A stretch of DNA of 63,913 nucleotides, counting the filler, from Choristocarpus tenellus KU-1152 (taxonomy: Eukaryota; Protista; Phaeophyceae), in NCBI GenBank assembly GCA_964200185.2. It is 10 parts of 10 records of this genome, joined end to end, with 100 filler letters (N's around TTAATTAATTAA, not from the genome) between each part and the next. Parts side by side here need not be neighbours in the genome. Positions count along the whole stretch, not along the records: positions 47,762 to 55,115 come from CAXNAD020006282.1; positions 55,216 to 58,354 come from CAXNAD020022040.1; positions 58,455 to 61,273 come from CAXNAD020024486.1; positions 61,374 to 63,913 come from CAXNAD020026927.1; 6 more parts are not named here. One strand, 5' to 3'. A program made the position numbers and the translations under genes. The notes beneath the pieces are model-generated. The model saw only the letters and a list, made by a program, of their open reading frames with translations. It was not told the origin of the DNA and did not search any database. Below are positions 53,630 to 63,913 of this stretch, piece by piece. How positions within the stretch are numbered: position 1 is the first letter of the stretch; the number at the start of each line of letters is the position of its first letter.

Positions 53630-54689
53630 TAATAACAGACCTGAGCATGAAAGGTCAAAAACATGCACCGAAAGACTCCTGAGCGACGCTCAATTGCCCA
53701 GGCACACCTTGCTCTTTGTTCCCATACTGAAGAAGTAAAAACCCTAACCCTAAGCTCTATGAACACCATCGCTACTAAAATGCATCGGTGCAGCGCATAC
53801 CAAGGCATGCTCGCCTGTCTGAGCTATCCAAGATCACGGCACTAGAACGGCTATCACTACAGTCTACACACACATTGTTTTGAGAAATACTGCATACGGA
53901 TGACTGGTAATATATATATATATATACAGTGTGCGTAAATGCATATGCTTTCGAGGCGACAATAATAACAAACAGTACTTCTACAAACACAAGTACCTGT
54001 ACTGTTGACTACACACCTGCAATAATCTACAGATACTACACAAACCTAAATATAATACTCAAGAGTATCAGGAGGTGACCTTACGATATGGTCACGGGAC
54101 ATTTAAAGGGCCAAATACTGACACTACACGTACCAAAAAGATTAAAAAAAAAAAAGTATGTAAAATACACCATGTTCAAGTAGTGACTAAAAAATACAAA
54201 GCACTTGACACCAAAGAGTCAGCAGACCCCATAAACCATGCAACCAGTCTACCATTGTGCCTCCAGGTTCTCTGAAATGTGAGTTTCCAGCCTCACCTAC
54301 TATATACTGGGCAACTTGTCCTGGTCTGATACTACAAGAGTCCTTGTGAACCCAACCAGCAGAGAAGGACAGAACCAGTTGATGATCAATTACACACACT
54401 TTGCAAGTAAACATCAAGGGAGACTGCGCAGGCTAAGGAGACCAAGGGGCGGAAACAGCAACCCACAACGCATGTGCAGGCAGGCATAGAAGGCCAGGCA
54501 ACAACCTCAGCAACCTCAAACAGACAACATTACAATGCCTGCATGCCGAGAAGTTTATTTCAACAAGATGCATACCTTGAACAATGCAATAGAAGCAACG
54601 AACAGGCTTGAGGGGCTCCCCGAGACACACGTTAAAAAAAGGGGAAAATAATAATAATAATACTTCAGGGATTTGTCGGCGGACTGGGT

Positions 54690-54738
54690 AAGGATGCAAA
54701 CCCTAACCCTAACCCTAACCCTAGGGCAAGGATGCAAA
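54690..54738 (+). repeat. Interstitial telomere-like (CCCTAA)n tract flanked by an 11-bp direct repeat
   Basis: AAGGATGCAAA-(ccctaa)3-cccta-gggc-AAGGATGCAAA. Confidence 0.8.
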
Positions 54739-55043
54739 TAGTCCAGTCCCCAGGTCAGTCTCTTTACACCATCAGCATCAGAAAGCAAAGCGGAACTCTT
54801 TCTAAAATTTGCCTCAAGCGGCCGCCACAACTGCTGGAGCACAGTGCCATTTGAGTTGTTTCTAATTTTTTTAATCACAAGTGCGTTCTAGACGTATGCC
54901 CCTAGCGCACGCAAGTAGGGAGGCACGGTATTAATAGTTTGGAGCTAATGAAACCAATACAAGGGGGTTGGTTTGTCAAGCACATAAACTGAGTTATACA
55001 ACCCCAGAGGCAGACACGGCTGCGCTACAAGGATCCCCAGAAA

Positions 55044-55085
<42 letters not shown>

Positions 55086-55473
55086 ACCCCCCCACCCCCC
55101 CCCACACACCCCAACNNNNNNNNNNNNNNNNNNNNNNNNNNNNNNNNNNNNNNNNNNNNTTAATTAATTAANNNNNNNNNNNNNNNNNNNNNNNNNNNNN
55201 NNNNNNNNNNNNNNNTGTTGACACCATCATAGGGAGTGGCAAGCGTCAGAGGTTGACACCAGTCGCACCTCTTGCCCCGCAGGCATCGTTTATTGCCTGC
55301 ACGCGTGTAACTAAGCAATTTTCTTTGCCATTAGTTCAACCAAACATGTGTAATAGTAATGAAACTTGGTTCAACAGTTCTTTGTGCAGATATCCAGCCA
55401 TGCCTAAACCTTTGTCATTTTCATCACAAAGAGTTCGTGTATCGGGCACTGTTGAAGAACAAGAGGAAATGAC

Positions 55474-56094
55474 TTGACAATTGACACAGCCAGTGATGTA
55501 CCATGTATTTCAGAAATATTTGTTTGCAATCACCCTCAACTGAAATGTTTTGATGTGCATCCTGTCCCACCTGGTGCAATAAATCTACGTGCAGCAAATG
55601 GTTCACCATTGCATATCCGTGGATTTAATCGTTTTGCACTTACACTTGGTGACACCACATTGCCAGTTGAAGCTGTAGTGATTCCCCAACTTGGTCCCGA
55701 TAGAATTCTGCTTGATAATAGTGTTATGCAGGCCTTCGGTGCAATCCTTGATTGGCAAGAACAACGTCTGTCATTTCACAACAGCTCGTGTACCATTTCA
55801 GCAAGACATCACATAACAGGGAGCCCCACTTAAGTATGTGATACAAGTGCCACTCCTTCGCGTTCTGTGGTGAGTGTGCAACATGATTTTGACCCTATAC
55901 CTGTTCGTCTACATAAACAGTATAACATACCACCTGGTCATGAAATCATCGTACGTTGCACAACTGATACTAGTCCGTCGTTGGATTCTGCCGTGGTAGT
56001 GGAGCCAGTCATACACTCCATGCCTGCTGTAGATCAAACCTCTGAGCCTACACACCTATGGAATCGTTATCGTAGCTGCTCACACCCTCAGTAC
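55474..56094 (+). mobile_element. Ty3/Gypsy-like pol fragment (aspartic protease and following region), pseudogenised
   Basis: IDTASDVPCIS...LRAANGSPLHIRG...LPVEAVVIPQLGPDRILLDNSVMQAFGAILDW is a retropepsin pattern; interrupted by a Copia LTR at 56095. Confidence 0.75.
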
Positions 56095-58354
56095 TGTTGA
56101 AAAGCTTGGCGCACGTAAGGCTCGTCACCGGAAGCTAGCAGTTAAATTACATCATAAAGCACACACTGAATTATTTATTGCCCGTCAACCATCCATTATC
56201 ACTGACTTGTGGATTAATGTTGACTTATTATATTTTGCTTAGTATCATACCTAACGAATTATAATCGTACGTATAACCTATGTTATATACTTACGTCAAC
56301 ACAAACAACGTAACGATAACACTAGGTTATTCGACGTCCTCCCCTTCTGAAAACAAGTAATAACTCTCAAACGATCAAAACAAAAAAAACACACACACAC
56401 ATGTTGTCTAAAAACTCGAACTGGCAAATTCTTCGTCAAGACATCTGCCCTCTGGTTTGCAGTACCAACAAAAACAACACGAACCTCTCTTTTTGTAGAC
56501 AAATCCCTCAGAAAATGGTGTCGGACATCAATGTGTTTTGTTCTAGTAGAGCTTGTAGCATTTCGTACTAGTTTGCATGCACCATCATTATCCTCAAACA
56601 TGTCAATGCAACGCCTATGCAACTGCGGCTGAATAAACTCAAGAACACTTCTCAAGAAAAGTAATTCCTGTGCCACACTACTAAGTGTTACGTATTCACT
56701 CTCTGTGGAAGACAGAGCTACAACTCTTTGCACCTTTGACATCCAAGATATTGCTACTCCTGTAAACATAATTGCTTCTCCAGTCACTGATCTACAATCA
56801 TTCCAGCCTCCAGCATAACTAGCATCAGCATACGCACTCAACTCACACTCAGTACTAAAACCACCAAAACTCAATCCAACACTGGGACACATATTCAAAT
56901 ATGCTAATATACATTTCACTGCACGCCAGTGTGTGACTTTGGGATTGCTACTGTACTTGGCAACTTCACGAACTGCATTTGCAATGTAAAGCCTAGTCAT
57001 GACAGATGCCCTCATTAAACTACTAACTGCCTCTCTGTACGGTGTATTTTCATCAACACTTGGATGATTCTCACTCTTGTCTAGAGTCCTTAAGAGATCA
57101 TGGGGTACCGACCTCTTCTTTGCCCCATCCATACCAAATCTTTGACAAACACTCTTAATGTACCTAGTCTGATTGATGTGACAGTCTGTGCATTTCTGTC
57201 ACGTGAAATCTCACAACCCATATAATACTCAAGATCACCAAAGTCTTCTATGGAAAACTGCTCTTTGATCCTAGAGTGAACCCAAATCAAAACATCAATT
57301 TTACCAGCTACCAATAGATCATCTACGTGGGGGGCTATCACAGTACAAACAACACCATTTCTTATATAGCGTAATACACAAGGGTCTGCTCTGCATTGCT
57401 CAAAACCATACTTTTCCAAAACGTGTACCAACAGATTATTAAACTCTCTGCTTGCCTGTTTGGTGCCATAAAGTGCCTCGATCAAAAGTACAACCTTTCC
57501 AGACCATTTACCACAACCATCACACAAGTATACAAAAATCTCTTCACTGATATCCCAATGCTTTAATTCCCAATTTCTATCTGCAGCTAAAGCTAATACC
57601 ATTTTCGAAGATGCAGGGGACGGTGTTGGTGCAAAGGTATCTTGGTAATCTAAACCCTCAATCTGTCGAGAACCTTTTGCTACCAATCGTGCCTTGTATC
57701 TAACTACCTCACCAAATTCGTTAGTCTTACGCTTGTGAATCGATTTAGTGTCTATTGCTCTGCGTCCAGGGGGTAATACTGCCTCTACCCAAACATTATT
57801 CAACAATAAACCAGAAATCTCTTCTGCTCTAGCTCGATCCCATAAATCACATTTGGGGGAGCTACATGCTGCTCTTTTACAGTCTTGGGTTCTGGAGGGA
57901 GCTCATTCACTAACACTCTAATAGAATCATCACTAGCACACATCACAGGGGTAGTCTCTATGGAAACAGGCAAACAAGTCATAAAAAAATGGACATGTCA
58001 AAAACAGCAGCTTTGGTGGAAGTATTGCCTGATCTGGTGCGGTGGGGAAGGATGTTGTCTTCATCATTTCCAATGCTGAGTCGTCGTAGTTCCCTTTCAC
58101 ATTGACTATCCTTGGCTTCACCCACCCCATTATCCTCACCATCATTGCTATCTTCATTCTCCTTCACCTCGTTGTCATCATAAATACTGTCCCCAATCTC
58201 ATCCACGAGTTCACCATTATCCCAATTGTCATCAGATTTACCACCGTCACTTAGTCCACCTTCAATCCAGGTGATTCCATCATCATTACATTCACCCCCC
58301 ATCTCCTGGATTTCTCCAGTCTGTCTTCTTGCATGTGGAGGGAGGATGTATAGA
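56095..58354 (-). mobile_element. Ty1/Copia element, 3' half (RT, RNase H, PPT, 3' LTR 56095-56336)
   Basis: RT: RYKARLVAKG, ALYGTKQASREF, HVDDLL. RNase H: AYADASYA, ALSSTESEY, RTKHIDVRHHFLRD, QRADVLTK. PPT AGAAGGGGAGGA at ~56337-56348; LTR ends TGTTGA...TCGACG. Confidence 0.9.
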
Positions 58355-59096
58355 NNNNNNNNNNNNNNNNNNNNNNNNNNNNNNNNNNNNNNNNNNNNTT
58401 AATTAATTAANNNNNNNNNNNNNNNNNNNNNNNNNNNNNNNNNNNNNNNNNNNNCAGAAAAATAAAAGAGATAGCTTTACGGAAAATTTAAAGAACATAT
58501 TTTTCCGTGAGAAAACACAACTAAGAAAAAAAAAGAGAAGATATTTTTTTTAATTGTAACATACATATAAATGTACGTGTGTATGATACTTTTTAAAAGA
58601 TAAAGAACAATCCAGAACTAGAGGGAAAAGAACTAGAGGGAAAAACACGGAGCACATCCTACTTTACAAAAATATATATATATATATATATATATATTTA
58701 TTTTATTTTTTTAATGCATACTCTACACGCACGTACATGCCTACATGCGTTTTTAAAAAATGAAAAAAATGAAAAAAAATCAAGATTGTTACTCGGAACG
58801 CTCCATGCAAAACAGCAAGTACAATAGGGTTAGGGATACTGGATTGCGATTGTGCGACTGTGAGGCAGACCACGTGCGTCAGTAGCCGAAGCAGTGTCAG
58901 TAGTGTCAGGATGGACAAGACAGGTAGGTTTGTGGTACTCACCTGATTCACTCTTTTCCCAAGGATGTTATTAGATAGGAATGATATCGAGGTAATATAT
59001 TTTCCACTACACTCTACTGAATGATTAGGTCGATTCACACAAAAATATTTTTCGCACTCTTTTTTTTTTTTAATTTACCAAAAAAAATATATTGGA

Positions 59097-59326
59097 GAGA
59101 GACAGGATAAGGTATACATCACATGAGAGACAAGATAAGGTATACATCACGTGAGAGACAAGATATGGTACACATCACATGAGAGACAGGATAAGGTATA
59201 CATCACATGAGAGACAAGATAAGGTATACATCACGTGAGAGACAGGATAAGGTATACATCACATGAGAGACAGGATAAGGCACACATCACATGAGAGACA
59301 GGATAAGGTATACATCACGTGAGAGA
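59097..59326 (+). repeat. 28-bp minisatellite, 8 copies (GAGAGACA(G/A)GATAAGGTATACATCAC(A/G)T)
   Basis: Head-to-tail units with no spacers. Confidence 0.95.
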
Positions 59327-60007
59327 AAACCTTTCTGCATACAATGTAATCGTCACACCTCAACTCCATCCATCTGCGGATAGTGCTGTAGAAAGATAAT
59401 ATTACTATTTTCAATATAAAAAACTCGTTCCTAGAGACCATCCAGTCGAGAAAATGATAAAAAGAGTCAATATTAGAACATCTCAGCCACAAAAAAAATC
59501 ATAAAATACAATTACTACTACATGAACATTTATTTTTGTTATCCCAAAAATTTTCTACAGCAAAATGACTAATATAAAAGAAATAATGAAATGAGTAAGA
59601 AAAGTAAATTAACCCTTCCAAAAAAAAAAAGTAACGAATTTTTTGTTCTATTCGAGATTTTGGAAATTTTAAATTAGAATCCAGTGCACGCATGCATAAC
59701 ACCCAATCTTCAATTTTTTAATAAGAATAATCTTCATTTCTAAAAAAAATAAAGTACTAAGCTTTTCTTGCGCTGTTAAAATAAAAGAGGAAACTTTTGG
59801 AGCAGAAAATATTTTATTTTAAATATTTCTTTCAATATAAATATATATATATGTCCAACCGTAGTAGTAAAAATATGTAACTGTATGTGACTGTATGTGC
59901 ACACCACACCTTGGAAATGACGACAAAGACCCAGGTAACGGTACTGCGAACCCTGTTCATGAAGGCGTTTGGTGTGTCCCCCCTTCATTTAAGAATGGAC
60001 AAACGCA

Positions 60008-60120
60008 TAACAACAACAGTAACACAACAACAACACAACACAACAATAGCAACAACACAACAACAGTAACACAACAGTAACACAATAACACAACAGTAAC
60101 AGAAACAACAACACAACACT
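60008..60120 (+). repeat. Low-complexity (CAA/ACA/GTAACA)n tract
   Basis: taacaacaacagtaacacaacaacaacac... Confidence 0.8.
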
Positions 60121-61902
60121 AGATCAGGTCATTTTTGATAGGTCAACAATATATTATCGTTGAACTTTTTATACGGATCAAAAAAAATGTAATGTATGTA
60201 TTAATCTTCTTGAAACAGGGTACGTTTTTGGCAATTGTCATTGAAGACGAATCATGGTGATGCTTGCCATAAGTTATATAGGGTATATACGACCTGTTTA
60301 ATAAATCAGGCTCGTAATTTTATTTTTTATGAAAAAACGAATTGAGAGTGATACCTCTGTTATCATTGCTGGAAAAATAATTTTTTTTTAAGGTCAGGCT
60401 TTCTAAGACATCACAACTTCACAGTGATGTGCAATGTTTCAGTAGTTGCTTAATATTCTTAGAAAACAGTTTACATTATGGATAGGATCAAGGTAAGTCA
60501 CAATACTTGAATCCTTCTCATGAGGGGAATGGAAAGCCAATGTTATCCCACGTACTAATAATAGTACTGCGTAGGTAAGGCGGGGAATGGTTGACTTGAT
60601 AAAAATAATTTTAAAATATATACACTTGGAGCGAAATAAAGATTAAACCAAAGTCAATCATTCTTTTCAATCAATAGTACCACAGCTGTACCTAAAAAAA
60701 TAAAACTCAAAACTGTCACTCCCCATCAAACCAACCAAATCCTAACTCCGACCACCTAACCGATCCATGATATCAGACAAATAAAAACATAAAATAATTT
60801 TTTAAACTATGATATATTTATTAAACTGAAGGCAAAATCCAACTTACTAAAATATGAAATGATAATGTAGGACATACTTCTATCTGAAAAATAATATATA
60901 TACATTATATTTCAAAAAATTATTTAGCCAGCAAGCATCAATCCTAATCCGAAACTACAACAGCAGTAGCAATAGCACTAAAAGGGTACGGAACTGTGAC
61001 AAACAAAGGTACAGTACAAAAAAACAAGACAACAATCCCAAATCACAAAAACATCCAACCTTCTATACAAAAACTAACAATAACCATGAACGTATCAATC
61101 CAGTCGCAGCTAACGCACACACCATCCTACTCCTCTCCCCCCCCTGCCCATCCCCCCCCCCCCATCAAAAAATTCAGAATAATTACTTGGGCCAGAAGTA
61201 CGGCTTGAGCACCCTAGCCAGCTGAAACAGGGACAGTCCTTTGTTGACCTGTTCCTCCTCTGCCAGCTCTGCCNNNNNNNNNNNNNNNNNNNNNNNNNNN
61301 NNNNNNNNNNNNNNNNNTTAATTAATTAANNNNNNNNNNNNNNNNNNNNNNNNNNNNNNNNNNNNNNNNNNNNTTTTTTTTGTGTTCGTTAGAAAAAAAA
61401 TATTATTTGTTTTTTTTTGTTTTTGGCCCCAAAAAAAAACTTTGTTTTTTCCCCCCCCCCCCCCCCCCCTCCCCCCCTCAGATACCTTAAGCCTGAATTC
61501 AAAAGATTTAGTGTTCTTCCTGGTGTAGGAGTCAAGAAACCCTTGTACGGATACACTCTCATTCATATGTGCTGTGTGCCAGCCGTCCTTAACTGCTTCT
61601 TGGAAGTGTCATTTTGGGGGCCTATGTAGAGTTGTTTCCATCCCCTTTCCCACTCCTCCCAGGCTTCCAGGAAGATTGCTTGACCTTGTTTACTTGCACA
61701 CTACCCTCTAGGAAGTACCCTCCGTGAAAGGGGCGGAAGGGCTTCTGAGGCAGCATCTGGCAAATAGGCTGTATTTGAAGATGTCATGTTGTTGACATTG
61801 GCAGGTACATCAATTGTATCTTTGAGTAGGCACTACCTCTCTTACTGTGATGTTCTTTCCAGCAAGCATACTCACTAGTTCAGACCTCAAGGAATTTAGA
61901 AC

Positions 61903-62161
61903 GAGTGAAATTATCTTAGAGGGGTACGAGTTTTGACCTGTTTGTCCGTTTGGGGCTTGGCTTCCCATGGGTTTTTTTAAGACATTGTCCTACTCCCAAC
62001 TGTTTCGGAGCAGGTAAAATGTATATGTTATGAAAAGTTGTGTCCGAACAAGGATATTGACACTTCCTAACAAACACAATAGCCAAAACTACATCAAAAT
62101 CAGAACATTGGATTTTGGCCCCCAAATGGACACGACTCTACCTTCTAAGATACTTTGGCTC
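61903..62161 (-). mobile_element. MITE family A, full copy, TSD AAC/AAC
   Basis: aac-gagtgaaattatcttagagggg...taccttctaagatactttggctc-aac. Confidence 0.93.
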
Positions 62162-62399
62162 AACATCAGGGCTTTTTGAAAAAAATCGTCCTTGGCACTT
62201 GATCACATCTTACCGTTGGGAGCAAAACCATCATGGAGACGTATCGGTACTGAAATGATAGGGTGATCCAATTCCGTTGGCATAACTGAGTGCACCCTCC
62301 CCATGTTGTGAACAAGGTGGTGATCATCCGGACATGTAAGAAAGTAGTCAAGACAAAGATACTCCATTTCCCTTTCATGATCCATGTATATATGGGGAC

Positions 62400-63880
62400 T
62401 GTTTCCCCTTGGACATTACGAAAAAAGTGTTGACAGTGTTGAAGCCTGTGATTTTCTGGCGGTGCATGTCCCATTCATTGATGCGGGCAAGGCAATGGTG
62501 CCATAGGAGGATGGCGGGAAAGGCTTGGACAGGTGGGGTGGGGAGTGCAGGTAGGGTAAGGTGTGGAGTCGTAGGGGATGGGGTTGGGGGGCATGGGGAG
62601 AAGTCCAAGTAGTGCAAGTAGTACAGATTGGCCGCGGTCTGGAGAGGTAGGCATGAAGCACAATTTAGCAGGTGGGTGGTGTGAGAAATCACTGTAGTCC
62701 AGCCTGCAGATGCCGCAGCACATGTTGAATACAGGTGACGACCAAGACCAGGAACCAGCAGTACGGTGAAGGACAAACGGGTGGGTAAGATGTATGGGAG
62801 TTTTAGGAGTCCAGTAAAGGTGGCCTGTCGGTGGGCAATGAGTTGGTGGTTCCCAATGCCGGAAACAGTGATGGGGGTGGAAAAATGGGGTGATATGGGA
62901 TAGGGGGTGATGGGGGTTGGGGATCAGGGTGGGGTCGGCCATGTGGGCCATACAGCCAGAATCAGTAATGAAGGAGGTTAAGTGTAGTTATCATTTGGTT
63001 GGTGGGGGGGGGGGTGGGGTGGTTGTTGATGGTGGAAATGCAGTAAGAATAGTGGTCGTGGGCATCCTGACCCCACTTGTAGGGCGGGTCAGATGTAGTG
63101 ATGGATGCGGTGGCTGTGTGAGTAGGGGAGGACGAGGGTGGTGTAGGGGGCAGTAGGTTGGGGTGGCAGTGTTACTGTTGACGCTGTGCGTGGCATTCTT
63201 GGTCGATGTGGGCGTGTGAACATATGGTAGGAGCACCATATACCGCTGGGTGAGGCAGTAGTATGGGGTGCGGGTGGTGGGGTAGTGATGGCTGTGCGAT
63301 TTGGACAGTGGTGCAAATGGTGACCAGGCTGGTGGCTGTGGCAGCATGGAGGGACTTTTGCGGAGAGGGCGACGTTTGGAGTTCCATCCGACGCGCGGTC
63401 AGTCAGGTTGAGATCATTGTTGCACATTGCGCAGATTACTGATATTAGGGACACCGTGGTGTAGACCGATTGGAATCGTACTTTACCCCGAAGAACATCG
63501 TAGTCTGTGGATAGTCCAGTGAGTAGAGCTGCCCGCAGGCAAAAATCGGGATGGTTTTCCAAAATCCTTCCAGTTTCGCCTTGGCCCAGTAAAGCCAGAG
63601 GAGTCACTGGTCAGGATCCTAGCCAGGTTCCATTGTACACTGCTCGAACCGGTGGTGGACAGCTCGCATCTGTTGTTTGGTTGCCGCCTCATACCTGGTC
63701 TTCAGGGGATGCCAAGCAGAGAGGGCATTGTTGAGGTTGGTCTCATCACGCTGCTGGAGTCCATGTAGAAGGGCTTTGGCAGGTTAATAGCAAGTGGCAA
63801 GGAGTATGCCAAAGAGTTGGGGATTGTCTTCTTCGTAGGTAGTAGTGGGGGTGTGGTGGGGGTGGTGGTGACCGATGGGC
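62400..63880 (-). mobile_element. Degenerate Ty1/Copia 5' region (gag, zinc knuckles, protease, pre-integrase)
   Basis: LLTGLSTDYDVLR; CHSHQPGHHLHHC; WCSYH; FITDSGCMAHM; LWHHCLARIN; frameshifted. Confidence 0.75.
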
Positions 63881-63883
63881 AAT

Positions 63884-63913
63884 GGCTCAAAGTATCTGGA
63901 GGGGGGGGGAGGG
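63884..63913 (+). mobile_element. MITE family B end, at window end
   Basis: ggctcaaagtatctggagggggggg. Confidence 0.8.

Noticed and set aside
54740-54800. GLDYLH kinase-like motif on the minus strand
   Set aside because: No other kinase motifs; it runs straight into telomeric repeats.
59097-59326. 28-bp repeat array as CRISPR
   Set aside because: Units are head-to-tail with no unique spacers; no cas genes; eukaryotic context.
3764-61373. Recurring TTAATTAATTAA palindrome within N runs as a biological motif, and gene neighbourhoods across gaps
   Set aside because: Artificial six-frame-stop linker; adjacency across linkers is not evidence of linkage.
10228-62125. Recurring short ORFs such as MGAKIQCCDF... 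and MLGSVNILVPDT...
   Set aside because: Translations of MITE family A; frames and stops are not conserved between copies.

Overview
Eukaryotic, intron-rich, transposon-dense nuclear DNA, most likely from a stramenopile and probably a brown alga. That call is an inference from GT-AG introns, short TTAGGG tracts, DIRS-type and mariner-type elements and flagellar/basal-body genes. The window is not contiguous: it is 10 contigs joined by nine artificial 100-nt linkers (N44-TTAATTAATTAA-N44). Host genes: a two-exon BART-domain gene, the 3' part of a TTLL gene, a 13-exon TPR + J-domain (DNAJC7-like) gene, the 5' part of TSR1, a large Sfi1-repeat-like exon and a few orphan exons. Decayed mobile elements: three Copia pieces, a Gypsy protease fragment with a Copia nested in it, a DIRS-type tyrosine-recombinase retrotransposon, a full-length mariner with both TIRs (DD37D spacing) and an RLE non-LTR fragment. 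The most striking feature is a pair of MITE families, with about 19 copies or fragments in 64 kb. They share the terminal motif G-N4-AAAGTATCT and the subterminal motif GTCCATTTGGG, and several copies have 3-bp TSDs. They have inserted into other TEs, sit at contig breaks and show strong CpG-to-TpG/CpA decay, which suggests cytosine methylation. No CRISPR array, rRNA or tRNA was seen.
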